A stretch of 30,467 nucleotides of DNA from positions 1 through 30,467 of the IMG/VR virus record IMGVR_UViG_3300023314_000087. One strand, 5' to 3'. Each line of letters begins with the position of its first letter. The first letter of the stretch is position 1. Position numbers and translations under genes: made by a program. The DNA comes from a virus. Its lineage: Duplodnaviria; Caudoviricetes. This document shows, in pieces, positions 9,335 through 16,635 of this stretch. Under the pieces are notes generated by a model, which saw nothing but the letters and a program-made list of their open reading frames with translations, ran no database searches and was not told where the DNA came from.

Positions 9335-9840
9335 TATTTAAATTGTTTGTGCAATAGATTTAAGTATGGTATAAGTATATTCATCGTCATAACACTTGAT
9401 AGTTCTTGTTTACGTTGTGCTATAGCTTCATCACTGTAATCATTAATGATATTTCCAGCTTCATCAATTGGTTTGAATATAATAGCTGCTAAGTCTTCTA
9501 TGTAGTTATTAGCATTAGCTTTAATGATTCCTTGTAAAAGGTTAATCTGTTTTACATTGAAGTTGAAAGTATCTTTGTTTGTAGATTTATATACCTTATC
9601 ATTTGCTTTGTATTCAATGATTACTGGTAAAGATGATGTATCAGTATTCTCATAATTAACGCTGTTTAAAATGGCTTTAAACTCGTCTAATTCTAATTCT
9701 TCAATCTCAGCAACTGATTTATCAGTTAAGATGTGTATTAGTTGAATAGATGTTTCTATATCATTGTTATCCGATACTTGTGATAAGTCATAGAATGCTT
9801 TGAATTTGTTTAGGGTAATAGTTGATAGATTTACTTGCAT
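9334..9840 (-). CDS. Putative tail assembly chaperone-like protein (short paralogue)
   Basis: Acidic helical protein aligning by eye with the N-terminal part of 8552..9334; its stop overlaps the next start (TAATG). Confidence 0.45.
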   Translation of the reverse strand: MQVNLSTITLNKFKAFYDLSQVSDNNDIETSIQLIHILTDKSVAEIEELELDEFKAILNSVNYENTDTSSLPVIIEYKANDKVYKSTNKDTFNFNVKQINLLQGIIKANANNYIEDLAAIIFKPIDEAGNIINDYSDEAIAQRKQELSSVMTMNILIPYLNLLHKQFK

Positions 9841-9855
9841 ATAATATTTATATCA

Positions 9856-9881
9856 AATTATCTGTATCTTAGAATTGGTTT
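9856..9881 (-). promoter_or_regulatory. Putative late promoter AAAC-N15-GATAATT
   Basis: Minus strand aaaccaattctaagatacagataatt, upstream of ATG 9840. Confidence 0.55.
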
Positions 9882-9887
9882 TAAACT

Positions 9888-10073
9888 ATGAAAGACACAT
9901 TATTTATTATAGGCTTTATCATCATCAGTATTATTGGTGGATTTATTTTAGTTAGTGGTGTTCAACTCTTTTGGACTTTAGTTGCTGAATTGATAGGTGC
10001 TTTATGGTTACCAGCTTTGATAGTAGGAGTTTTATACCTAATCTATGTTAACTATACTTCTAAGAAACAATAA
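9888..10073 (+). CDS. Small two-TM membrane protein
   Basis: 61 aa, almost fully hydrophobic, ATG start, basic C-terminus. Confidence 0.6.
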   Translation: MKDTLFIIGFIIISIIGGFILVSGVQLFWTLVAELIGALWLPALIVGVLYLIYVNYTSKKQ

Positions 10074-10088
10074 TCTTATAATTTATTT

Positions 10089-11000
10089 CCGAGTACTTAG
10101 CGAGGCGGAGCCTCCACGGTTCACTCGGTCAATCCGTATAAATTTCTTATAAAATAACTTTCAATCCAGATTGAAAGTTATGAAAGTATATATGTCAAAT
10201 TGTCGGTTGATAACTATATCAATTGTGATGAAGTTCCGCTTTGCTACACAACATCAATTTATATGATTAATATTATCATATTAATATAATTGTGATGAAG
10301 TCGCTTTGCTCCAACATCATATTTTTATATAACAGCGAATGCTGTTATGATAGTGTGTAAAGTTCCGCTTACGCTTCACAATAATTCATTTATTGTGGTG
10401 ATTCACATCACCACGTAGTAGAGATAAATAATGTAAAATAAGGCAAGCTATGCAAGCCAAATAATACATTATAAATTATCTTTTATAATCGACAAAGTCG
10501 ATGGTTTGGTGTTTTCTATTTTTTTTGCCCTGATATAAATTTTCTCACCCATTGAGGGTGATAAAATTCATTATATTTTAAATCGAAGATTCTAAACACC
10601 GCTTCATATTTCAAATTGAAATTTTGAAATATAATCTTAAAAAAGAAATTAAAACTTTATAATTGATTGGCATACGAAGTTTGCCTTTCAATTATATCAC
10701 ATCTTGTTTTAACGTAGTTAAAACGGCTTAAACCCCACAGGGGGTTGAGGTCTGAAAGACCTCTTTATACTGGCTCTATTAGAGCCATAAACCTAATAGT
10801 TGCAACGCAACTATTTATACACATATATATTTATTTACTAACATATTGATATGCATTGTCCGTTAATATGTTATTATTTTAATATATTATATTTATGTTA
10901 TAAATATAATATGAGCGAGTTGATATGTTACGCACTGTACGAACCTAATGGTAAGACCTAATGTTAAACGTGGAGGCTTCGCCTCACACGATGCATTAGG
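10089..11000. other. ~900-bp hairpin-tiled non-coding element (structured DNA site or large ncRNA)
   Basis: About 20 inverted repeats in series, nested stems, three copies of an internal repeat, 17-bp near-terminal inverted repeats, and no ORF in the track. Confidence 0.8.
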
Positions 11001-11550
11001 AAAATCCATTAGTGTATTCAGAAATGATAGTATCTTTTAAGTTGCGCATCAAATGATATGTTTGTGTTTTACACAAACCAATATGATTAGATACTTTAGA
11101 TACACTTGTTGGTGTATCACCACTAAACATTAATGAAAAAAGTATTTGCTGGTCTAATGGTAATGTTGGTATAGTTTGCTTTATATGGGTTAGTTTGTTT
11201 TTGATTTCTGATTCTACATTTAATAGTTGTTGAATATCGATTTCATCAATGATAGAATCTTGAATCTGGTTTGTATTGTGTTTTGTAAGGAATTTCTTTT
11301 TAAACTCGGTTCTTTCCCATACAATTTGCTTATTCATATAGTTTATGATGATTGCTTCAGTCATTCCGGATTTTGTAATATGGTCTTCAAGTTTTTGCAA
11401 GTTGTTATAAATGTATTCGTAAGATTGATTAACAAGGTCATTAACTAAATCAGTCCTATTTATTTTCTTTAGAATGTTATAGGCACATTCTATTAAATAG
11501 GGCTGATTTTTCGTAAAATAGGTATCAATTATGGATTTACTTTGATTCAT
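10996..11550 (-). CDS. Sigma-factor-like protein (divergent ECF-type / sigma region 4 HTH)
   Basis: NDLVNQSYEYI region-2-like helix; LPLDQQILFSL...SVSKVSNHIGLCKTQTYHLMRNLK region-4-like HTH. Confidence 0.6.
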   Translation of the reverse strand: MNQSKSIIDTYFTKNQPYLIECAYNILKKINRTDLVNDLVNQSYEYIYNNLQKLEDHITKSGMTEAIIINYMNKQIVWERTEFKKKFLTKHNTNQIQDSIIDEIDIQQLLNVESEIKNKLTHIKQTIPTLPLDQQILFSLMFSGDTPTSVSKVSNHIGLCKTQTYHLMRNLKDTIISEYTNGFS

Positions 11551-11701
11551 AAGTGTTTGGTGAGAATAGGGTATCTACTGCTATTATTTTTTCTATATTA
11601 TCTAGATGCTGATTTATCATAGTTTGCATTTCGATTTGTTTAGTTTTAGCTTTTTGTATTTCAGCTAAAATGATTTGATATAATATTTCTTCAGTTTGCA
11701 T
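11537..11701 (-). CDS. Small hypothetical protein (54 aa, not in ORF track)
   Basis: ATG 11701 MQTEEILYQIILAEIQKAK...YESK stop; fills the operon gap and overlaps the next start. Confidence 0.5.
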   Translation of the reverse strand: MQTEEILYQIILAEIQKAKTKQIEMQTMINQHLDNIEKIIAVDTLFSPNTYESK

Positions 11702-11723
11702 TATGGTTTAAATTTTAATTAAG

Positions 11724-11915
11724 CTATTCCCAGATTTTATATTTAGTAGCAATGCACCTTAGAATGAATGCTAACCCTATATATAAAAAGCAATAAGAGT
11801 TAACTCCAATTTGATTGATATAGTGATTTAATATATCTAGTATTCCTAGAGTAATAATGAGTATCCATAAAGTTATTGATACAATTTGGTTTGATTTGTT
11901 ATTAGTTTTGTTCAT
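11724..11915 (-). CDS. Small membrane protein
   Basis: 63 aa, two hydrophobic segments, ATGA overlap with the upstream ORF. Confidence 0.5.
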   Translation of the reverse strand: MNKTNNKSNQIVSITLWILIITLGILDILNHYINQIGVNSYCFLYIGLAFILRCIATKYKIWE

Positions 11916-12154
11916 TGGGCAAGGGTTTGGATTATTTGACTATATTTTTGATAGTTATCATTTGCTATTTCAATTACTACATCACCATACTTTAATTTGA
12001 AAGCTTCAATAGTTTTGTTGATAATTAAAGAAATATTTCGTCTTCTAGGTGAAAAGTGATTATGTTCTATATCATATAAAATCAGTGTTGTAAGTTCTTC
12101 ATAATATTTACTAAAAATATCATTCAGTAATGCTTTATTGTTTTCTGTTGTCAT
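11912..12154 (-). CDS. Hypothetical protein
   Basis: 80-aa ORF in a tightly packed minus-strand run. Confidence 0.55.
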   Translation of the reverse strand: MTTENNKALLNDIFSKYYEELTTLILYDIEHNHFSPRRRNISLIINKTIEAFKLKYGDVVIEIANDNYQKYSQIIQTLAQ

Positions 12155-12166
12155 TTTTAGTTTGTA

Positions 12167-12364
12167 TTAAATATGCTCAATTATTACTTTCATTTTTATC
12201 ACTTCTCTATTACATTCTTTTTGACTTAGTGATGTAAGTTGATTGACGTAATCTAATGCTGCTGATTTAATTCCTTCTGCAACTGCATTTTTATAATCTT
12301 CTTTAAAAAGAAGAAATGGGTCTAGGTTTATTTCTAGCTTAATTTTGTATTCGCTTTTTTTCAT
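12167..12364 (-). CDS. Hypothetical protein
   Basis: 65-aa ORF in a tightly packed minus-strand run. Confidence 0.5.
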   Translation of the reverse strand: MKKSEYKIKLEINLDPFLLFKEDYKNAVAEGIKSAALDYVNQLTSLSQKECNREVIKMKVIIEHI

Positions 12365-12374
12365 TGTTTTGTAT

Positions 12375-12536
12375 TTAATTAGTTTTGTTATTTTTCATTG
12401 TTATTTCAATTATTGATAATGCTATTTCAAGTTGTTTTAGTTGATGCAGCTTCATCTTTGTTTTATCATAGTAAGCTTTGTTCTTTAGCTTATATTTCTC
12501 TTTGTGTTTTTGATAATACTTTTGATTAGAATTCAT
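12375..12536 (-). CDS. Small basic protein (53 aa, not in ORF track)
   Basis: MNSNQKYYQKHKEKYKLKNKAYYDKTK...; preceded by the CTTTTT-N12-ATATTTAT motif. Confidence 0.55.
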   Translation of the reverse strand: MNSNQKYYQKHKEKYKLKNKAYYDKTKMKLHQLKQLEIALSIIEITMKNNKTN

Positions 12537-12550
12537 CTTTTCGCTTTATT

Positions 12551-12576
12551 ATAAATATGTGCGAAAACTCAAAAAG
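12551..12576 (-). promoter_or_regulatory. Putative second-class promoter CTTTTT-N12-ATATTTAT
   Basis: Same motif and spacing as 13072-13097; both are followed by AATAAA and a start codon. Confidence 0.5.
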
Positions 12577-13057
12577 TCAAATTATTTTTAAAAATGTTTT
12601 CAGCTTGTTGAAGTGTTTGGTTTAGGTTGTATTCAGATTTATAAATTGAGGCTTCAAATTGGCTTAAATAGCCATTGCATTTGCTTACTGTTCTATTATC
12701 ACCTTGTGTAGTTTTAGGGTTGTATTCATATATCCAATTAGGTTCTGTTGCTTGTTTGATTGTCCAGACCTGAACTCCATCAGAATGAATGTTTATGTAT
12801 AGTGTTTGGAATGTAGAAGCTGTTAGGGTATCATACTTGGGTTTTTCTATTAACCAGTCGTTATAACGTGCTAGAGGGTACTTATCTCTTACTTTCACTT
12901 CAACCTTATACCAAGTGTTAGCTGAATAAATAATTGCATCAAAAGAAGAATAACCAGTTACTGGTGTTGTATAGATTATTGTGAAGTCTTTTTGTTTGTC
13001 TTCAAATTGTTGAAGTAGTAAACGTTCCCTAATACTGGTGATTGTGAATTGTGACAT
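12569..13057 (-). CDS. PD-(D/E)XK superfamily nuclease-like protein
   Basis: YSSFDAII...KVEVKVR catalytic pattern, LIEKPKYD, LYIN. Confidence 0.65.
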   Translation of the reverse strand: MSQFTITSIRERLLLQQFEDKQKDFTIIYTTPVTGYSSFDAIIYSANTWYKVEVKVRDKYPLARYNDWLIEKPKYDTLTASTFQTLYINIHSDGVQVWTIKQATEPNWIYEYNPKTTQGDNRTVSKCNGYLSQFEASIYKSEYNLNQTLQQAENIFKNNLTF

Positions 13058-13071
13058 ATTGTTTGTTTATT

Positions 13072-13097
13072 ATAAATATGTCGATTTGTATAAAAAG
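13072..13097 (-). promoter_or_regulatory. Putative second-class promoter CTTTTT-N12-ATATTTAT
   Basis: Minus strand ctttttatacaaatcgacatatttat, 14 nt before ATG 13057. Confidence 0.5.
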
Positions 13098-13593
13098 CCT
13101 GGTATAAACGAAAAATAGTTAACGAGTTTATTTCATTGATTATGTGTTGAATATGAGATATAAAAAATATTTAGTGTACTTCAAAGTCTAAAACCTGTTT
13201 TGGTATTAATTGATTTTATAATTTTGTTCTAAGAAATTCTAAGAGAAAAGTATTTTATAAAGTTGAAAGATTCATAAATTTTATTTACACTTGTTGTAAC
13301 TATTGAGTTGAAGAGTTTTAAATAAAGGTGGTGATGATAAACGTGCTAGAGATATAACAAATGCTGGTGATGAAGATGATGATGAAGATGGTTGATGTGA
13401 AAATTTTACAGATAAATGGACAAATTGTCCTAAAGTTGAAAGTTGTTTAAATTTCGTGTAGATTGCACTATAAATAAAAAAGGTCAGTATAAAAACCGAC
13501 CTAATTAACGTTCGCAGCGTTGCAGAATTAAGTTAAAGGGTAAGGAACAAGATTTATTGGATTCCAAGCCTTTATTTCCCTGAGACCTTTAAT

Positions 13594-13620
13594 GGGTGAC
13601 CTTCCAAAAGTCACCCTTTT
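13594..13620. terminator. Terminator-like hairpin
   Basis: gggtgac-cttccaaaa-gtcaccc-tttt; lies downstream of the minus-strand ORF ending at 13671, but the T-run is on the plus strand. Confidence 0.55.
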
Positions 13621-13670
13621 CTGTTTTATAAAAGTAACTAAAAATTTGATATTATGACCTTTTTTGTGGT

Positions 13671-13919
13671 TCAGGTGGATTTAAATGGTCTTAAGTATTT
13701 AACGCTTAATAAGCCAGCGTAATCATCAAATAGACCAAATATAAATTCTTGTTTAAATTCATCATAAAACTCAGGATTTGAAAAATGGTCTAAACCGTGT
13801 TCTAATTTTGAAGAATCGAAATCAAATAGTTCATCATTAACTATTTCTTTGGTATGCTTTTGACCTTCATCATCTTCATATTGTATTTCATATAAATACC
13901 TGTCTTCTAAATTTTCCAT
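13671..13919 (-). CDS. Acidic hypothetical protein
   Basis: 82 aa, Asp/Glu/Phe-rich, ATG start. Confidence 0.6.
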   Translation of the reverse strand: MENLEDRYLYEIQYEDDEGQKHTKEIVNDELFDFDSSKLEHGLDHFSNPEFYDEFKQEFIFGLFDDYAGLLSVKYLRPFKST

Positions 13920-13945
13920 ATTAGTTATTTTAAATCTAAAATAAT

Positions 13946-13977
13946 AAAAAGGTAGGACATATCACTACCCTACCTTT
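13946..13977 (-). terminator. Intrinsic terminator
   Basis: aaaggtagg-N12-cctaccttt, with a T-run on the minus strand. Confidence 0.6.
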
Positions 13978-14029
13978 CATCAACTCAAAAAACAATATGT
14001 ATATGGTGGCTTATCCACCGTGTCAAAGT

Positions 14030-14072
14030 ATATAGACAAATAAACAACTTCTAGTTGATGTTGTCAAGGTTG
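14030..14072. repeat. 43-bp site, inverted copy of 30000-30042
   Basis: atatagacaaataaacaacttctagttgatgttgtcaaggttg matches the reverse complement of 30000-30042 at 38/43 positions. Confidence 0.85.
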
Positions 14073-14086
14073 CTTATCAAATATTT

Positions 14087-14356
14087 TTATCTTTTATTTA
14101 GAAACTGGTTAAAGATGTAATCATTTTCCTTTACCAAACCATCTAAGCAGAATTGATAGACTTCATTTCTATCTTCAATGGTTTCTAATCTGTAATAGTT
14201 GGTTAGTTTATCAGCAAAGAATTCTAAAGTCTTTTGTACTTGTTCTTTTAATAGTCCAGCAGCTTCATAATTTTCATTATTAACTAGCTGAATAAGTTCA
14301 TCATTACTGTTTACGATAAACTCACTTATTTGATTGATTTCATTTTCTTGATTCAC
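14087..14356 (-). CDS. Small protein with a UVR (UvrB/UvrC) coiled-coil motif
   Basis: LVNNENYEAAGLLKEQV resembles the UVR consensus (AxxxEDYExAAxLRDxI). Confidence 0.5.
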   Translation of the reverse strand: MNQENEINQISEFIVNSNDELIQLVNNENYEAAGLLKEQVQKTLEFFADKLTNYYRLETIEDRNEVYQFCLDGLVKENDYIFNQFLNKR

Positions 14357-14381
14357 TTTTGTTTAGTGTTAAAAAATATTG

Positions 14382-15077
14382 TTATGCATAGATACCTAGT
14401 TTCTTTTCTTCAAGGATAGCGTCAATTTGATACCTGTTTGTTATTTGACCTTTATCTAATTTTGATTTGAAATCATCAACTATTTTTGGTGATACACCGA
14501 AATAATAAATACTTTTTATGTGGTCAGCTATCAGTTGATAATCTTCAACTAATAAATCAATTTCACTTAATGTTGAAGCTGAATCAATTGTTATTCCTAA
14601 ATCATCTTCTAGTGATGTTTCTTTAGGCTTTTGAGCTGCTTTTGGTTCAATGGCTGGTGTTTGTATTGCTTTTGAAATGGCTGGCTTATTTGGCTTTATT
14701 TGAGGCTGATTTTTAGTAGCTTCTAATTTAAGCGGAGCTTCATCTGTTATTGCTAACCATTGACTAAATAAATCTTCATTAACAATCATAACTTTGTTAT
14801 TGAAGTAACCACCATCTTTAGTTTTAATTGATGATTTTTTTGAAATGAACCAATCATATTGATTTAGTTGAGTAATACAATATTGAAGTGTTCTTACTTC
14901 TATTCCAAATTTAACTGCTAGTTGATTATTAGAATCTGTACAAGTTAGGTTTGAAGCTTGTAAGCTAATTACATATTGAATGATTAGCTTTTGTTGCGCT
15001 GTTAGCTTAGTTGATGATAGTACATTAGTGAATACTTTAATGTAGTTAGGCTTTTCTGTTTTTGTTGATGTTTTCAA
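14382..15077 (-). CDS. Putative replication initiator / HTH DNA-binding protein
   Basis: N-terminal winged-HTH pattern (YIKV...LTAQQKLII...SNNQLAVKFGIEVRTLQYCITQL), a Pro/Lys linker, and a position beside an iteron array; TTG start. Confidence 0.6.
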   Translation of the reverse strand: MKTSTKTEKPNYIKVFTNVLSSTKLTAQQKLIIQYVISLQASNLTCTDSNNQLAVKFGIEVRTLQYCITQLNQYDWFISKKSSIKTKDGGYFNNKVMIVNEDLFSQWLAITDEAPLKLEATKNQPQIKPNKPAISKAIQTPAIEPKAAQKPKETSLEDDLGITIDSASTLSEIDLLVEDYQLIADHIKSIYYFGVSPKIVDDFKSKLDKGQITNRYQIDAILEEKKLGIYA

Positions 15078-15310
15078 TTTTCATTTTATTCTGCTTTTTA
15101 TGTTATTTCTGCTTTTAGTCTGGTGCAGAAGCTAAGGGTAATTACTCCCTTAGCAACCAGAGTAGATTGAACTACTTTTAATAAATATCATTAAGTATAA
15201 GCAAAATCAAAAAATAGTCAAGTAAAATTGATATATTATTGAAAAATACCTAAAATTAGGTATAAGTATTACTATTGATGTTTATTTCAATTGAAATGGT
15301 TTTCTTCAAT

Positions 15311-15429
15311 CATATTATAATAATACTAAATTGTAATAATATATAATAGTTATACTATAGTAATACTCTATTCTTATTCTTATATACTAATCTTATAGTT
15401 TATTCTTATAGTATAATCTTATAATAGAG
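15311..15429. other. AT-rich, strand-skewed tract (putative DNA unwinding element)
   Basis: Almost GC-free, with repeated tcttata units, abutting the iterons. Confidence 0.5.
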
Positions 15430-15525
15430 ATACCAAATTTGTGTATTATCTCAATACCAAAAAACTGTATTATCATAATACCAAATTTGTGTATTATCCT
15501 AATACCAAAAAACTGTATTATCCTA
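15430..15525. repeat. 4 x 24-bp tandem repeats (putative origin iterons)
   Basis: ataccaaatttgtgtattatctca / ataccaaaaaactgtattatcata / ataccaaatttgtgtattatccta / ataccaaaaaactgtattatccta. Confidence 0.85.
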
Positions 15526-15607
15526 TTAAAAAGAAAACCATCAACAAAGAATTACTTCAATGCTGATGGTTCTTATTTCAATTTAGTTCAATGCAAATAT
15601 AATAATC

Positions 15608-15880
15608 TTATGCACCAGTTGATGGTCTTCTTTCAAATAAATTTCTTCTTTTGTGTCTAGTTTTAATCTTACTACCTGAACTAGAAACTGAATCTTCAAT
15701 AATAACTTTACTAACTATGGTATCTGTAATATTCAAATCTGCATTAGTTGCTGTATCAATTTGTTCAATAATTACTTCATTTTGTTTTTTTGTATCATCA
15801 AGTTTGACAGATATAATCCATAAAACAAATGTTACAACTATAACACCAATTAGAATTTTAACTACAGTATTCTTTTGCAT
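15608..15880 (-). CDS. Small protein with an N-terminal TM anchor
   Basis: ILIGVIVVTFVLWIISV followed by a polar domain and a basic tail. Confidence 0.5.
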   Translation of the reverse strand: MQKNTVVKILIGVIVVTFVLWIISVKLDDTKKQNEVIIEQIDTATNADLNITDTIVSKVIIEDSVSSSGSKIKTRHKRRNLFERRPSTGA

Positions 15881-15948
15881 TCAAATATATTTTCAGAAAA
15901 ATAATTAAAATATTGGTTTTTGCCAAACTGGGAAATATTTATTCATAG

Positions 15949-16635
15949 ATGAATATTCAATTTACCAATAAAGATACAAAAGCATTTTCTAGGCATTTAA
16001 ACGACATAAGTAAGTATAAGCTACTTTCAGTTGATGAAGAAATGATGTTAGCTAAAACAGCTGTCAATGGCTGTCAAAACTCAATAAACAAGTTAGTAGA
16101 ATCAAACCTAAGATTAGTTATTACTATAGCTAAAAAGTATCAATCAAATAAAGCCAATTTAGAAGATTTGGTAGCTGCTGGTAATGTAGGATTATTTGAA
16201 GCTGCAAAGCGTTATGATGCTGCACAAGGTTTTAAATTCTCAACTTATGCTAGAGTATGGATTATCAAATACATTCTAGAATATCTAGCTTCAAATGAAT
16301 TGATTTGGATTCCAATTAATAAACAGAAACTACACAATAAGAATCAATTCATCAGCTTAAATACTAGTTATGATGATAACCAACAATTGATAGATTTTAT
16401 TGAAAATAAAGAATCAGAATCACCAATTCAACTAGAAGATGAAAATAAAATTAAAGTTGAATTTATTACTGGGAAATTAAAACCAGCTGAAAGGGAAATC
16501 ATCAATATGTATTACGGTTTGAATGGTGAATCATTTTCGATAATTCAGATTAGTAAAAAGCTAGGTGTAAGCCACCAAGCAATTCACAGTAGAATAACAA
16601 AGATTATTTCAAAACTAAAAAATGAATTCAATTGA
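15949..16635 (+). CDS. RNA polymerase sigma-70 family factor (RpoD/RpoS-like regions 1.2, 2 and 4)
   Basis: HLNDISKYKLLSVDEE, LVESNLRLVITIAKKY, EDLVAAGNVGLFEAAKRYD, GFKFSTYARVWI, and a region 4 HTH (EREIINMYYGL...ISKKLGVS). Confidence 0.92.
   Translation: MNIQFTNKDTKAFSRHLNDISKYKLLSVDEEMMLAKTAVNGCQNSINKLVESNLRLVITIAKKYQSNKANLEDLVAAGNVGLFEAAKRYDAAQGFKFSTYARVWIIKYILEYLASNELIWIPINKQKLHNKNQFISLNTSYDDNQQLIDFIENKESESPIQLEDENKIKVEFITGKLKPAEREIINMYYGLNGESFSIIQISKKLGVSHQAIHSRITKIISKLKNEFN

Noticed and set aside
10474-10498. GATAATT (minus strand) inside the hairpin block as a late promoter
   Set aside because: No RAAC at 14-15 nt spacing.
10089-11000. Retron msr-msd or autonomous IS explanation for the hairpin block
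   Set aside because: No reverse transcriptase or transposase in the window, the block is much longer than typical retron ncRNAs, and no target duplication was seen.
13312-13395. Acidic-looking reading frame (NKGGDDKRARDITNAGDEDDDEDG) with gat/gaa repeats
   Set aside because: In-frame stop just upstream and no start codon; at most a gene remnant.
15430-15525. Possible CRISPR array or coding repeat (ORF 15439-15660)
   Set aside because: Units are contiguous with no unique spacers and no cas genes; the ORF is just a translation of the repeat.
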